Of a DNA stretch of 64,000 nucleotides, positions 39,200-52,182 are shown one piece after another (the first letter of the stretch is position 1; each line of letters starts with the position of its first letter). This DNA comes from Felis catus (Eukaryota). The notes beneath the pieces were generated by a model. It was given only the letters and a program-made list of their open reading frames with translations. It did not search any database and was not told where the DNA came from. The stretch is from NCBI RefSeq assembly GCF_018350175.1, contig NC_058368.1, positions 8,308,001 to 8,372,000 on the forward strand, read 5' to 3'. The position numbers were made by a program, and so were the translations under genes.

Positions 39200-39334
39200 C
39201 CGGGCGACGCGGCCGGAGGAGCGGCGGCCGAGGCGGGGCGCGCCCGGGCGCGCTGTCGACGGGCCCCGGTGGCCTCGGAGCGGCCGGAGCCGGGAGGGGG
39301 GCGGCGGCGGCGGCCTGGGCGGTGCCGGCGCGAG
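39200..39334 (+). other. Candidate non-coding first exon 1a (start uncertain)
   Basis: Consensus donor GAG|GTGAGT at 39334/39335; (GGC)5 within. Confidence 0.6.
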
Positions 39335-39529
39335 GTGAGTGCTGGGGCGCGGAGCCGGCGCTGCCGGCGGGCGTGGGCGGCCGCCGAGGCGACGGTGCCG
39401 GAGAGCGCGCCGCAGGTGCGGGGGCGTCCCTGGCCGCGCCGCCTCCGCCGGCCTCTCCCGGCAAGTTTGTCGGGGTCCGGTCCCCGCTTCGGGGATCTCC
39501 GTGGCCGGTCAGCGGAGTACACGCCCGTC

Positions 39530-39679
39530 GGTAAATAGAGAACTCGAGCTGGAGGAGGAGGAGGAGGAGGAGGAGGAGGAAGACGCGGAGGAAGCGCGTC
39601 CGCACCCGGTCCGGGATGCGAGTCTCGTTGAGGGCAGTGGTGGCTTCTGGGACATCTTCCTTGGCCCTTTCCCACCCAG
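39530..39679 (+). other. Candidate alternative first exon 1b (start uncertain)
   Basis: Donor CAG|GTGAGC at 39679/39680; contains (GGA)10. Confidence 0.45.
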
Positions 39680-41679
39680 GTGAGCGAATCCTCTTCCGCG
39701 CAGCCCGACGGGGTCGCGCGGGGCTCCGGGAGCCCGGCTTCTGGAACCCGCTCGCAGGCAGGTGCGCGGAGTTGGGGAGTGATTGCAGCCGGCCCCGGGC
39801 AGCGCAGTATTTATTTGGCTTTTCTGGTCATCACAGCGCTCGCTGCTTCTTTCCTGCTCGCGTCACCTGCTTGGGCCGCGGTCTTGCAGCTCGTGTGGCA
39901 CCCTTGCCCGCACCCCCTGTTTCAGGAGGGAGGGTGGGTTAGGGGAGCCGAGTCCTCCCCCCCCCCACCCCCCGCTTCAGAGAAATTTGTTCTATGTCTT
40001 CGTCTTAATTTAGTATGAATGTGTTATTTCCTTTGAGCTTTATAATGGCAAAGCAGTGAAGTGGTGCTTTTTTTGTTTTTTGTTTTTTGTTTTTTTTCTC
40101 ATTCTGAGCCTCTGCACAGAAGGAATTTCAGGCACACGAGTGATGTTACTACCAATCTATTTTAAATACAAACATGGAAAGAAGAGCTCCTGGCCGGGTA
40201 CCAAAGGCGCCTGTACTCTCCGTTCTAGAAGTGCTTTAAAAAATATTTGCTCATTGGTGAAGTTATAGAAGTGATTGCCAGAGCATCTGAGGAGAAAGGT
40301 TGAAGATAAGTCAGAACTAGGTTTTCGGACCAAAACTTTACTTGAAGGGAAGCCTGGTCATAGCTTGAGGTGCCCTTTGAGATAATATAGGGCTCCTTCT
40401 TTCAATTGATTAGGTAGAATTGCAAAACATTAAAAAATAAGATGGGTTTTGTAAAGGCTGTTAAGACAGTTGGTGAAAATATTTTGACTCCTTATTGATA
40501 GAAATAAAAAGAAGATCCCACAGATCTCCTTTATGGCTTTCAAACTATGGGATGATTTTATTTGTATAGCTGATGGAAACTTAGTGATTATGAGCTACCT
40601 GTTCTTAAACATTCCCTCTTAAGAAAACCTCTGCTCATATATATGGTTATTTTTTTCAGGTAAGAAGAAGACAGAGGTAGAAAACGTCAGAAATTCTGAT
40701 GTCTGGGGACCCCCTCTTGTGCCTCACCCCAAGTATTCCTTTCTGTTTTCAATTTATAGATCATGGTTTTGGGTGGTGCTGAGGCATTTGTAATGGTCCA
40801 AGCTCTCTCGGTGATTCTGACGTGCAGCCGGGGGGGGGGGGGGTGAGACCCATTGGGTAGCACGGTTTCTTTTAATTTGCCACTTCGTAGCTCAACGTGT
40901 GGCTACAGTGGCTTAAGGTAGGTCAAAAAAAAATTAGTGGTTAAAAATTCGGAGAGAAAAAAATGGCATTGGGAAGAAAAATTAGAGCACGTGCACTTTT
41001 GTCTTGTCTCCAGAGATCTTCCTCGGTTATTTTTCTAAACCTGCAGAAATCGTCGTTGTTTTTCGGAGACCTGTAATTCCATGTGACATGTGTCGAGGAG
41101 TCCAAAGTGGGACATTTCTTTGTGCAGAGGTAACAGTGAAGTTGAGTCGTAGTGTCAGATAAAAGATACGTGAAAAGATAATCAAGTCTTATGAAAGGTC
41201 ATCTTCGTCTCATTAAAAACTTAATATAGAGAAGTAAATTAGGTGCGAGACGCTTTTTACTGTTTTTAAGGTTGGAAATAGGCCTGGCTGCTGAGTCAGT
41301 GTTTTTTGTCTGCCTTATGTAATTCCAGATATTCCAGATACTCGGATCTTATGGATGGTTTATGAAGGCTTATGTAAGAACCACGACTATGCTTTTTGTA
41401 CTCTGTTAAACTCCCTGTTTGGGCTGTTACGTAATTGACACATTACTGGATTCTTAGAGCCCAAATAGGGGAAGGACGCGCAACCCCAGCCCGGCACATG
41501 TACTTTTTATAATGAATCGCTGGGGCCAAATTAGAGGGAACGGAAGGGATGGAGGTTTGTGAGAGAGAGATAAGAACGGCATCTAGAGGACTGAGGTAAT
41601 AGAACGCTGTTATGCTTAGCGGTTTTCTAGAGATTTTAATGCCACAGTATAAACCGCTCTGGTCTTTTATTTCTCCCAG

Positions 41680-41890
41680 CAGAGGCGGATTTACCGGGAA
41701 GCTAATGAATCTTAAGCTTCGGGGCCCCTCATTCGGCTTCTTCCAAGCCCCTGGGAGGGCCACTGGCCGTGTGTTCGCCTGGTCCTGCCTAATTTTATAT
41801 TTGCGTTTTGGATTCTTTTTAGACGAGGTGGACACTCCCGCCACCCCCCTTTTATGTAAATGTAACGCTCTACAAAGTCTCAGTCTGCTC
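41680..41890. mobile_element. hAT-Tip100-type fragment (Zaphod/MER115-like)
   Basis: CAGAGGCGGATTTACCGGGAAGCTAATGAATCTTAAGCTTCGGGGCCCCTCA terminus. Confidence 0.6.
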
Positions 41891-42648
41891 TGGCTCTCAG
41901 TGGTGTTTGAATGTTAAGTTAACTTATAAAAATGCTTTTTCTTATTTTAACATCCACAGTCTTACGAAAAGACAAAACCCGAAATCGGGCCAGTGTTGTA
42001 GTTGACCTGCTGAAATAGTGCAAGGTGCTGTGACCTCGGGCCATGTGCAGCTACTGAGATCAGGCGGTTACCTGGAGAACCGACTCTTTGCCTGGTGGCA
42101 CGAACCAGAACCGGGGCTTTTCTGGCCCCGGGGGTGTGAGTTGGAGGTGGAGAGAAGCTGAGCCGGGGGTGGGGAAGGGAAGAAAGTGGGTTAAAGCCCT
42201 TCCACATCTCAGAGGCGGGCTGCCAAGGGAGAAGGAAGAAAAAAAAAATTAACTACTAAGAGATGCTTCATTACTAGAAAGTTAATAGGAACAGATAGCA
42301 TCAGCTCCATTAGGAGATCTTTTTGTAAACTCCTTAGGATCTGTCTCTAATATGAATTTTAAACAGGGAACAAACTCAGGCCTGGAAAATATTCTGAGGG
42401 AAACCAGTGCATGTCGGGAAGGACTCGCGTGGACTGTTGACTTGTCCCCATTAGCAGCCTGATTGGGCCCATGGCAGGAATGTTTGAAAGGGAGCTGCTG
42501 AGAAGAGAGGAGGATTTTCCCTTTTTTTCTGACACGATTTCTACTTCCTATCTGAGTTTGGGCGCCTTCAGAGCTTAACATCTCGACCCCTTTCCCTCCA
42601 ACCCTTGTGCCCCATCCATCCAGCACCCTCCCCTCCCCCCCCCCCCCC

Positions 42649-43384
42649 AAGACCCTCTCTTTGACCAAACTGTAGCGAGGCTCCTCTGAGGACCCTTCTT
42701 GACCTCAGCCTTGGCCTGTAAGAACTGCAGCCTGGGACACACTTCCCCCTGTGCACCCACCCCACCCCCACCCCTCCCACGCACACAGTAAGACTCTTCT
42801 TGAAAAACTCTGACTTGGCTTCTAGCAGCCTAAGGCCTCCTCTCTGGGATGACCCAGCCCTACCCGCCTGGAGTTCCGGTTTGGAAAAGCCCAAGGCTGC
42901 CAAAAAGGATTTACCTTTTGTCCTGGCCGACACCTGATCGCGGGGGCCCCGACTTCCCTTTCGTTAAGTATTTATTAGAAAAACTTACAATTGTAATCCT
43001 TTCCCTGCCCCTTCGAGATGTAGACGTACATCCTACAACCCAGGAGTGTCTTTCTCAAAGAGCTGAAAGCCATTCCTTTGACATGTAATCACGAGGGAGG
43101 GTAGAGCCTCTGTCTCCCAGTCTGTGTGGGAGCCCAACTCTGACAGGTGCCACTTAGCAGACACAGATGGCCTAATCACCTTGACGGGCAACAGCCACCC
43201 TGCCCGCTTCCTTGACTCTGCTTGTTCCCCCTCCTTATTCCCCCGTTCTTCTTTTAAAACACCCAGTCACCCGGACTGCAGGTGAGCTCAGTTCTCTCCT
43301 GAAGTCTCTTTCCCCTTTTGCAGTATATACCGAATACAGGCCGCCTCTAGTGCCCTTAGTGTCCGGCTTTGTTTTGCTTTAACA
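42649..43384 (+). mobile_element. ERV1 solo LTR (MER67-like)
   Basis: AAGACCCTCTCTTTGACCAAAC...GGAGTGTCTTTCTCAAAG..GAAAGCCATTCCTTTGA...GTGTCCGGCTTTGTTTTGCTTTAACA. Confidence 0.8.
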
Positions 43385-44893
43385 GCATCCGCCCGAAGCT
43401 TGAGACACATGCTGTTCTCAGCATTAGGTATTCTTACAGAGCAGTGAGCAAAACAGACCAAAACCGTGCCCCTGAGGAACTTACAGTGAGCGTAATAGGT
43501 ACATTTAAATAGATATGCGGTAGATCGGGTAGGGGTAGTGCTACAGAGAAAAGTAAATCATGGTAGGAATGTAGGGCAAGGAATTGTTGTGTCAAGTAGG
43601 GGGTTCAGGGAAGGCCTCTCTGAGGGGGAACATTGAGTGGAGCCCTAAAGGAGATGGAAGAAAGAGCCATCGGGGAGGAGCCATATTGCTCCCTGGGGAA
43701 CGGCTAGTACAGGGCCCTCAGACCAGAGCTCCACTGGCACATGGCAGGACCATCAGGGAGGCCTGATGGCGATAGCCAGTGCCTCCCCACGACGGCTGTA
43801 GCGGTTTCTTGGGCCTCCCCTTGGACTCTCTTCTGCAGCAACCTGAGGCTGTGTCAGGCGAGTGGGTGGTGGTGTTTCTCTTGGGACCCTGGGTGCCATG
43901 GTGGCTTGGGACCAGTTGCAACCGAGGGCCTTCCGGGGACATGGAATCCAGTCTACACCATTACATGAACTGGGAGTTGGAGGGAGGTTGTGTGTCCTCA
44001 TTGACGGTTCCCATTGGCTCGTTGCAGGAGGAAGTTGGCACTTGTGCCTAGGTTCCCTGCGGTCCCCTAGGAACAAATAGAACTGCGCTAAATCAGGATG
44101 TTGGCAGTGGAAGCCACACTGCTCTTTCTTAGGGAACGTGGAGGTGGAGAGCGAGCTTAGGGAGAGTGAGCTGGAGGGAACCCAGTCACCTGAAGGCACC
44201 TGGAGTTAGCTAGGGTTGGAGGAGGGGAAACTGCTCTTTGGCTGCTGATGTGTAGCCGTGTGTAGACACACAGTCATTAAAGGTAAGTCAGCGGTGTATG
44301 TGATTAGGGCGGAGCCAGTATCAGTGACAGGTTGATACTGACTTTGGGAACTTTGACTCACCCGCAGCAGTGAAAAGCCAACAGGGTGTATTAGCTTCTG
44401 TAAAGACTATAGTAAGGGAAATACATTTGTCCAGAAACAGGCTGATTTTGATGCCGTGATTTTAAATGCTTTCCAAAAGCACAGTGGAAAAAGCATCGAG
44501 TATAGAGCCGTGGATTACAAGAAATGATAATAAAACAGCAGAAGCAAATAATGAGGACTTAATAGGGAAGTTAAATTTCCACACTTCACCAGACTGTTGC
44601 TGCAAAGTACTAATCTAAAAAGCTAATGTGAACACTGTCTCTGCTCGATGCAGTATAGAAGTAATCTCAAATCATCCAGAATTATCTTTATACTAAGCTG
44701 TTTGAAATGACCCACTCAACATAGCTTCTCAAGACAGTCTTTCTCTCCATACAAATAACGGTCTTCTCAGGTTGGAAATGTTGCCACATACTAAGCCAAA
44801 CACATTTTTTTTGCCCCTAATTCTTCGATTTCCATTAGTTCATTTTCTGGGAATGCCAACCCGAGAACTAAAATCATGTAAAAGAATGATTTT

Positions 44894-45058
44894 GGGGGCC
44901 ACCTGGGTGGCTCAGTCGGTTGGTTGTCCAGCTCTTGATTTCAGCTCAGGTCACGATCTCACGGGTTTATGGGATTGAGCCCCACACTGGGCTCCCGGCT
45001 GGGTTGGGAGCCTCTGTCCCTCTGCTTCTTCTCCATTTGCATACGCTTACTCGCTCTT

Positions 45059-45115
<57 letters not shown>

Positions 45116-45120
45116 AAAAA
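44894..45120 (+). mobile_element. Can-SINE with long (CT)n
   Basis: Head GGGGCCACCTGGGTGGCTCAG. Confidence 0.9.
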
Positions 45121-45547
45121 AATTTTGGTTGGAATTGATATTTGTAAGGCTGATGCATTTTCTGTTAATGTTGCCTAATATCTTAGGAAATTCGTATGGC
45201 AGATATGCGACACGTTATATTTAAATTCTACAGACTCTAACCAGTGTTTCCGTGCAACAGTCTGTATTGTTTTAGTTTAACTGGCGGCTCCTGATGAGCT
45301 TAGTACTGAGCGAGCTAATACACCTCTCCTAGAAGACTTGGAAGTTAGCGTATTAGAACGTCGTCGTCCTCTGCTCCTCGGCTTCCCAATTAAAAATTTT
45401 CTGCTAGATTTTTAGATTATCATTTTGACAACAACCCAAGATATTGTAACGGAATATAAAAGTGAAGTAGAGCTAATATCTCAGTTTGGAGAACTTTTTT
45501 TTTTTTTTTTTTAAAGCAGAGATGTGGTCTGAAAATTGCGTTTGTCT

Positions 45548-46060
45548 AAGGCTGGGACCAGAGAGAGGCTGTCAGACACTCGTCTCAGGTGCGGAATTTA
45601 AAGAGGTATCAAAAAGCAAGCAACAAAAATAAATGATCTCTCAATGTAATTTAAAAATGAAAATTAGGGGCACCGGGGTGGCTCAGTCGGTTGGGCGACT
45701 GACTTCGGCTCAGGTCATGATCTCACAGTTCATGAGTTCGGGCCCCGCTTCGGGCTCTGTGCTGACAGCTCGGAGCCTGGAGCCTGCTTCGGATTCTGTG
45801 TCTCCCTCTCTCTCTGCCCCTCCCCTGCTCATGCTCTGTGTCTCTCTGTCTCTCAATAATAAATAAACGTTAAAAAAAAAAAATAAAAGAAGATAAGTGC
45901 AAAAAATTCATGATGAGCAAAATACCAAATTAAAAAAAAAAATCAGTATTGATTTTTTCCTCCGGTGTCAGACTCCAGGATGAAGCGGCACAGCACTGTC
46001 ACTGATTGTGTCTTAACTTAAAATTTTGATATTTTATTCATGATGCATTTTTATTAAAAA
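45548..46060. mobile_element. Left part of a palindromic MITE (MER96B-like), containing a SINE
   Basis: GGCTGGGACCAGAGAGAGGC..CTCGTCTCAGGTGCGGAATTTAAAG is an inverted match to 55335-55440. Confidence 0.7.
45668..45885 (+). mobile_element. Can-SINE
   Basis: Complete head and tail. Confidence 0.94.
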
Positions 46061-46419
46061 AAAAAACCCTTATCTTGGAACCACATCTGGAATGTTAGAG
46101 TAAGGACTTTCAGTAAATATTCCCCTGCAAAACAGCACAGAGAACAAAATTTCATGGAGGCAAATATTGGCATAATAAACTATTTTAGAACTCTGGGGTT
46201 AAGTCAGAGAGTTGCAACAATTCAAGGAGCATTTATTCAAGAGAAAAGACTGAATTTCAGAACAGTGAACTCCTAGTACAGTAGCCTTGAAAACTAAATG
46301 CTACTGGAGGGGTAAGAACAAGTTCTGAGCTCTTCAAAAATCCCCACTCTCAGAAAATTGTCACTATACGACCTGTCTGGCAAATGTTGAAAAGCTCTAT
46401 CCTCAGAGCTTGTTTTTCT

Positions 46420-46636
46420 TTTTTTTTTTTTTTTAAGTTTATTTTGAGAGAGAAAGGGAGGGAGAGAGCACGTTAGCAGGGGAGGGGCAGAGAAAGAGAG
46501 AGAAAGAGAATCCCAAGCAGGCTCTGTGCTGTCAGCACAGAGCCTGATGCAGGGCTCGATCCCACAAACTGTGAGATCATGACCTGAGCCAAAATCAAGA
46601 GTCAGATACTTCACCGACTGAGCCCCCCAGGTACCT
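46420..46636 (-). mobile_element. Can-SINE
   Basis: TSD CTCAGAGCTTGTTT. Confidence 0.93.
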
Positions 46637-47094
46637 CAGAGCTTGTTTATATTTCACCTGATTCAGAACTCATTTCGTGTGAACAGCTTTAGGGCATTTT
46701 TTAAAGACACTCAGCAGCAGTTAACACTGCAGGTGCCTGAGGTGGCTACACCTGTTGAGGTTGACAAGAAAGAGGTTGACCAAAAAAATCTTAAAAAGAA
46801 TAATTGGGATAGGAGGTATCTGTGGGATTTGAAACGCTTTGACATATGTTTTAGAATCTAGAAGGCCCCTGTGCATGTGAAAATTTATACATTGCCGAGG
46901 ACTTGTGAAGGCCCTGATCTGTTACCCTGGGTGACACTGAGGCTCTCTATACAAGCAGGAAGAAAAGGCTAAGGGAGAGTTGTAAACCGCCTATCAGAGC
47001 ATAGAAAGAATGTGACTACATACACACAATTCCTCAATGAAGGCTGAGAGACATATTAGTTCAACGCATTTAAAGAAATTTTTGGTTTAGAAAC

Positions 47095-47296
47095 AATGCT
47101 TATTTATTTTGAGAGAGAGAGAGGGAGGGAGTGGGGGAGGGGCAGAGAGGGAGGAAGAGAGAGAGAATTCCAAGTAGACCCCACGCTGTCTGCACAGAGC
47201 CTGATGTGGGGCTCTAACTCACGAATGATGTGTGATCATGATCTGAGCTGAAATTAAGAGTCAGAGGTTTAACTGACTGAGCCACCCAGGTGCCCC
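47095..47296 (-). mobile_element. Can-SINE
   Basis: Reverse head GAGCCACCCAGGTGCCCC. Confidence 0.9.
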
Positions 47297-47582
47297 AGGG
47301 AATTTCTGTTTTATCATTAGTTGGCCACTAAAGGCAACTAAACAAAGACTTAAGCAGCTCCATATGATAAAACAGACTTTATAGAATTAGTCCTGGAAAT
47401 GGATACACAGCATTAGTATCAACAAAAACAACAGGCAGCAACAACAATAAACCTTTGATGGAGAGTGAAATCTGAGTTTATTGAAAATCCAGTTTTCAAC
47501 ACACACAAAGAAAGAAGGGACAGGGAAAATCCAAAAGTGTCCCTGAGAGTCCAGATATTGGACTTAGTAGACAAACATTTTA

Positions 47583-48349
47583 TTTTTTTTATTTTTTATT
47601 TTTTCAATATATGAAGTTTATTGTCAAATTGGTTTCCATACAACACCCAGTGCTCATCCCAAAAGGTGCCCTCCTCAATACCCATCACCCACCCTCCCCT
47701 CCCTCCCCCCCCCCCCCCACCATCAACCCTCAGTTTGTTCTCAGTTTTTAAGAGTCTCTTATGCTTTGGCTCTCTCCCACTCTAACCTCCTTTTTTTTTT
47801 TTTTTTTTTTCCCTTCCCCTCCCCCATGGGTTTCTGTTAAGTTTCTCAGGATCCACATAAGAGTGAAAACATATGGTATCTGTCTTTCTTTGTATGGCTT
47901 GTTTCACTTAGTGTAACACTCCAGTTCCATCCATGTTGCTACAAAGGGCCATATTTCATTCTTTCTCATTGCCACGTAGTACTCCATTGTGTATATAAAC
48001 CACAATTTCTTTATCCATTCATCAGTTGATGGGCATTTAGGCTCTTTCCATAATTTGGCTATTGTTGAGAGTGCTGCTATAAACATTGGGGTACAGGTGC
48101 CCCTATGCATCAGTACTCCTGTATCCCTTGGGTAAATTCCTAGCAGTGCTATTGCTGGGTCATAGGGTAGGTCTATTTTTAATTTTGTGAGGAACCTCCA
48201 CACTGTTTTCCAGAGTGGCTGCACCAATTTGCATTCCCACCAACAGTGCAAGAGGGTTCCCGTTTCCTCTCCGGCATCTGTAGTCTCCTGATTTGTTCAT
48301 TTTGGCCACTCTGACTGGCGTGAGGTGATATCTGAGTGTGGTTTTGATT
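47583..48349 (-). mobile_element. Young 5'-truncated felid L1
   Basis: [20 protein letters not shown]...KCPSTDEWIKK ORF2 end; perfect 15-bp TSD TAGACAAACATTTTA (47568-47582, 48350-48364). Confidence 0.96.
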
Positions 48350-49496
48350 TAGACAAACATTTTAAATCAGTGATTATAAATGGGTTCAAAGAGTGAAAGG
48401 AATTCACATTTAAAGAATTAAAGTATGAAAATTATGTCTTACCTAATAGAGAATATCAGTGAAGAGAGAGAGATAATAAAGAACAAAATAGAAATTCTGG
48501 AGTTGTAAAGCACAATGAAATGAAAAAAATGACTAGATGGGGTCAACAACAGATTTAAATTTGCAGAACTAAGAATTAGTGGACTTGGAAGTCAATTGAA
48601 ATTACACAGGCTTCACCCCCCCCCCCCCGCCCCATAATGGAAGTCCCAGAAGCAGGAGAGAGAAAGAGACAGAATACTTGAAGAAACAATAGCCTAAAAC
48701 TTGACAAATTTCATTTAAAATATCAACCTGAATACCCAGGAATGTTAGTACATTCCAAGTAGGATAAACACAGAGATGTACACTTACACAGTCAAGCTAT
48801 CAAAAGCCAAAAAAAAAAAAAAAAAAAAAATACCAAGAGAGAAGTGAATCATGGTGTTAAAGGGATCCTCAATAAGATTAACAGCTAGCTTTTCATCTGA
48901 AATCGTGGATGCCAGAAGTAGTAAGATGACACATTTAAAGTGCTGAAAGAAAGAACAATCAAGAATTCTATATGCAGCAAAACTGTCCTTCAAAATAAAA
49001 AAAAATTAAGACATCTCAGAGAAACCAGTTTGTCACTAGAAGATGTATCCTACAAAAAAAGGGAATCTTTCTAGTTGTAACAAAAAGAAACTAGACAGTA
49101 ATTCAAATCCATAAGAGAAAAAAGAGTATCAGTAAAGGCAACTCCATAGGTAAATGTAAAAGATGGTGTCATCCACTAAGAAAATAACTAAAAAATATAT
49201 AATAAAAGAAACAAGGGAATTAAAATGGGATACTAAAATAACAAAAAATAAGGCAGTAATGGAGGAATAGAGGAACAAAAAGGCCTAAGATATATAGAAA
49301 ACAATAAAATGGCAGATTTAAATTTTACCAATAATTATGTTAAATGTAAATGGACTAAACACTCCCATGAAAAAGCAGAGATGGGCAGAATGAATTAAAG
49401 AAGCATGACCTAACTATATTCTCTCTACAACAGACCCACGTTATATTTAAACACAAAAATTTCAAAAGTAAAAGAATATAATAAGATGTACTGTGT

Positions 49497-49680
49497 GGGG
49501 TGCCTGGGTGGCTTGGTCAGTTAAGCGTCCAACTTCCGCTCAGGTCATGATCTTGAGATTCATGACTTTGAGCCGCATGTCGGTCTCCATGCTGACAGTG
49601 TAGAGCCTGCTTGGGATTCCCTCTCTGCCCTTCTGCTACTTGCATGCACACACTCTCTCTCAAGAAACAAATAAACTGAA
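49497..49680 (+). mobile_element. Can-SINE
   Basis: Head GGGGTGCCTGGGTGGC. Confidence 0.9.
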
Positions 49681-50419
49681 AAGATACACCATGCAAAAAG
49701 TAACCAAAAGAGAGCTGGAGTGGCTGTCCTAATACTGGAGAAATTGACTTTAAGAAAAATATTATTACAAGGGTAAAGAGAGTCATTATATATTGGTAGG
49801 TCAATTTATCAGGAAGACATTATAATTACAAACATGTGCAAATAACATCAGATCCCAAAATACATGAAGCAAAGACGAACAGAATTGAAGGGAGAAATAT
49901 AAAGTTCAGCAATAACCACTGGAGATTTTAATATCCCACTTTGAATAATGGATTGAAACTGGGTAGAAGTTCAATAAGGAAGTAGATTTGAACATTTTAA
50001 AGAAACTAGAACAGACATCCAAAGAACACTACATTTAACTATAGCAGAATACACATTGTTCTTAATTGCATACAGAAATTCTTCAGAATAGACTGTGTTA
50101 GGCCATAGAACATATATTAGGCCACACAACAAGTTTTGATGAATTTAAAATTATTGAAATCATACAAAGTGCTTTCTGATCACAGTGGAATGGTGTAAGA
50201 AATCAATAGTAGAAGGAAATTCAGAAATTCACATAAATGTGGAAATTAACACACTCCTAAATAGCTACTGGGTCAAGGAAGAAATAATAAGGGAAATTAG
50301 AACATATTTTGAGGTGAATGAAAACAGAAACAACATACTAAAACCTAAGGGATGCCACTAAATCAGTGCTTAGAGGGAAATTTATAGCTGTTAATGCCTA
50401 TACTTCTAAAAGAAGAGAG

Positions 50420-51540
50420 TCAACAAAATGAAAAGACAACATTTGGAACGGGAAAAAAATCTTTACAAACCGTATATCTGAGAAGGGATTAATATGTAAA
50501 ATATATAAAGAACTCATGTAACTCAACATAAAAAGCAAATAATCCAATTTTGAAAATAGGTGAAGGACCTGAATAAACATTTTTCCAAAGAAGATATATG
50601 CACGGCCAACAGACACATGAAAAGATGCCTCGCATCACAATTAATTGGCAAATCGAAACCATGGTGAAATATCACTGAATCCTTTTGGAATGGCTGACAT
50701 TAAAAAAAAAAAAAAAAGGATGAATGCAAGAATGTGGAGAAAAGGGAACACATGTGCAGTGTTGGTGGGAAGGTAAATTGGTGCAGCCACTATGGAAAAC
50801 AGTATTGAGGTTTCCCCCCAAGTTAAAAATAGATAAACCATAGGATCTAGCGGTTCCAATTCTGGGAATATATACATAGGAAACAATTCCAAAGAAAATG
50901 AAAACACTATATTGGAGAGATACCTGCACTCCAATGTTGATAGCAGCATTGCATACAATATCTAAGACATGGAAACTACCTAAGTGCCTATTAGAATAAA
51001 TAAAGAAATTGTGATACACAGGAATATTATTAAGCCATCAAATGACATTTTGCCATTTGCAACAACATGGTTGGACCTTGAGGGCATTATGTTGTGTGAA
51101 ATAAGTCAGATGGAGAAAGACGAATACTGTATGATTTCGCTTATCTGTGGAACATAAAAACAATCCAAATTCATAGAAAAAGAGATTCGATTTGTGGTTA
51201 TTGGAGATGGGGTGGTGGTGAGGGGTGGGGGAATTAGATGAAGGTGGTCAAAATATACAAAATGTACAGACTTCCGGTTATAAGTAAGTATTGTGGATAT
51301 AATGTACAATATGATGAGTGTAGTTAATGATGCAGTATGGTATATATGAAAGTCGTTAAGAGAGTGAATCCTAAGAGGTTTTATCAGAAGGAAAGAAAAC
51401 TTTTTTTTCATCTGTGTGAGATGATGGATGTTAACTCATTGTGATAATCAGTTCACAGTATAGGTAAGTCAAGTCATTATGTTGTGCATTTTAAACACAC
51501 AGTACTATGTCAGTTGTATCACAATAAAATGGGCGGAAAT
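50420..51540 (+). mobile_element. L1 3' fragment (L1MA-like) nested in the older L1
   Basis: ORF2 end and 3'UTR; imperfect TSD AAAGA(A/G)GAGAG; host ORF2 resumes after it. Confidence 0.85.
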
Positions 51541-52182
51541 GAAAGAGGAGAGATCACAAATCAGTAACATAACCTTTTGCCTTAAGGAGGTAGAAAAAGA
51601 GCAAATGAAACCCAAAACAAGTAGAAGGTAGGAAATAATAAAGACTAGAGCAGAAGTAAATAAAATAGAGAATAGAGAACAGTAGAGAAAATCAGTGAAA
51701 CCAAAAATTAGTCCGCTGAAAAAAAAATCAACAAAATCGACAAACCATTAGCTGGCTGACCAACAGAAAAATAGAAAAAGCTCAATTCCTGCAATCAGGA
51801 CTAAAAGAAGGAACATCACTACCCGCCCTGGAGAAATAAAAAGGATCATATTATGAATCATTTTATGTCAACGAGTTATGATAACCTAGGTGAAGTGGAA
51901 AATCCCTAGGAAGACACATGACTACCAAACTACCCAAAAAGAAACAGACTTTGACGTGACCTATTGTAAGTAGAGAGATTTAGTAATGAAAGAAATGCTC
52001 ACAAGGCAAAGCCCAGGCGTGTGTGGCTCCCCTGCTAAAGTCTACTAAATATTTGAAGAAGACTTGATGGTATAGCACAATCTCCTCCAGAAAATGGGAA
52101 AGAAGGACCATTTCCCAACTCATTGTTTAAGGCCAGTATTACTTTGATACCAAAACCAGACAAAGAGATCACAAGAAAAGTA

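Larger units (their letters stand above)
38790..39920 (+). promoter_or_regulatory. CpG island, likely promoter of an unidentified + strand gene
   Basis: About 1.1 kb extremely GC/CpG rich, GC boxes (GGGGCGGGG), repeat-free, + strand splice donors inside. Confidence 0.92.

Noticed and set aside
39534..39600. Poly-Glu / poly-Leu tract suggesting a protein
   Set aside because: It is the translation of the (GGA)10 repeat; no supported start or family similarity
38498..39683. Long overlapping ORFs (346, 296, 270, 190 aa) on both strands
   Set aside because: Low-complexity R/A/G/P products from stop-codon scarcity in the CpG island; open in several frames at once; no recognisable domain
43718..44199. 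Overlapping ORFs up to 148 aa
   Set aside because: Intronic position, no recognisable motif, several frames open
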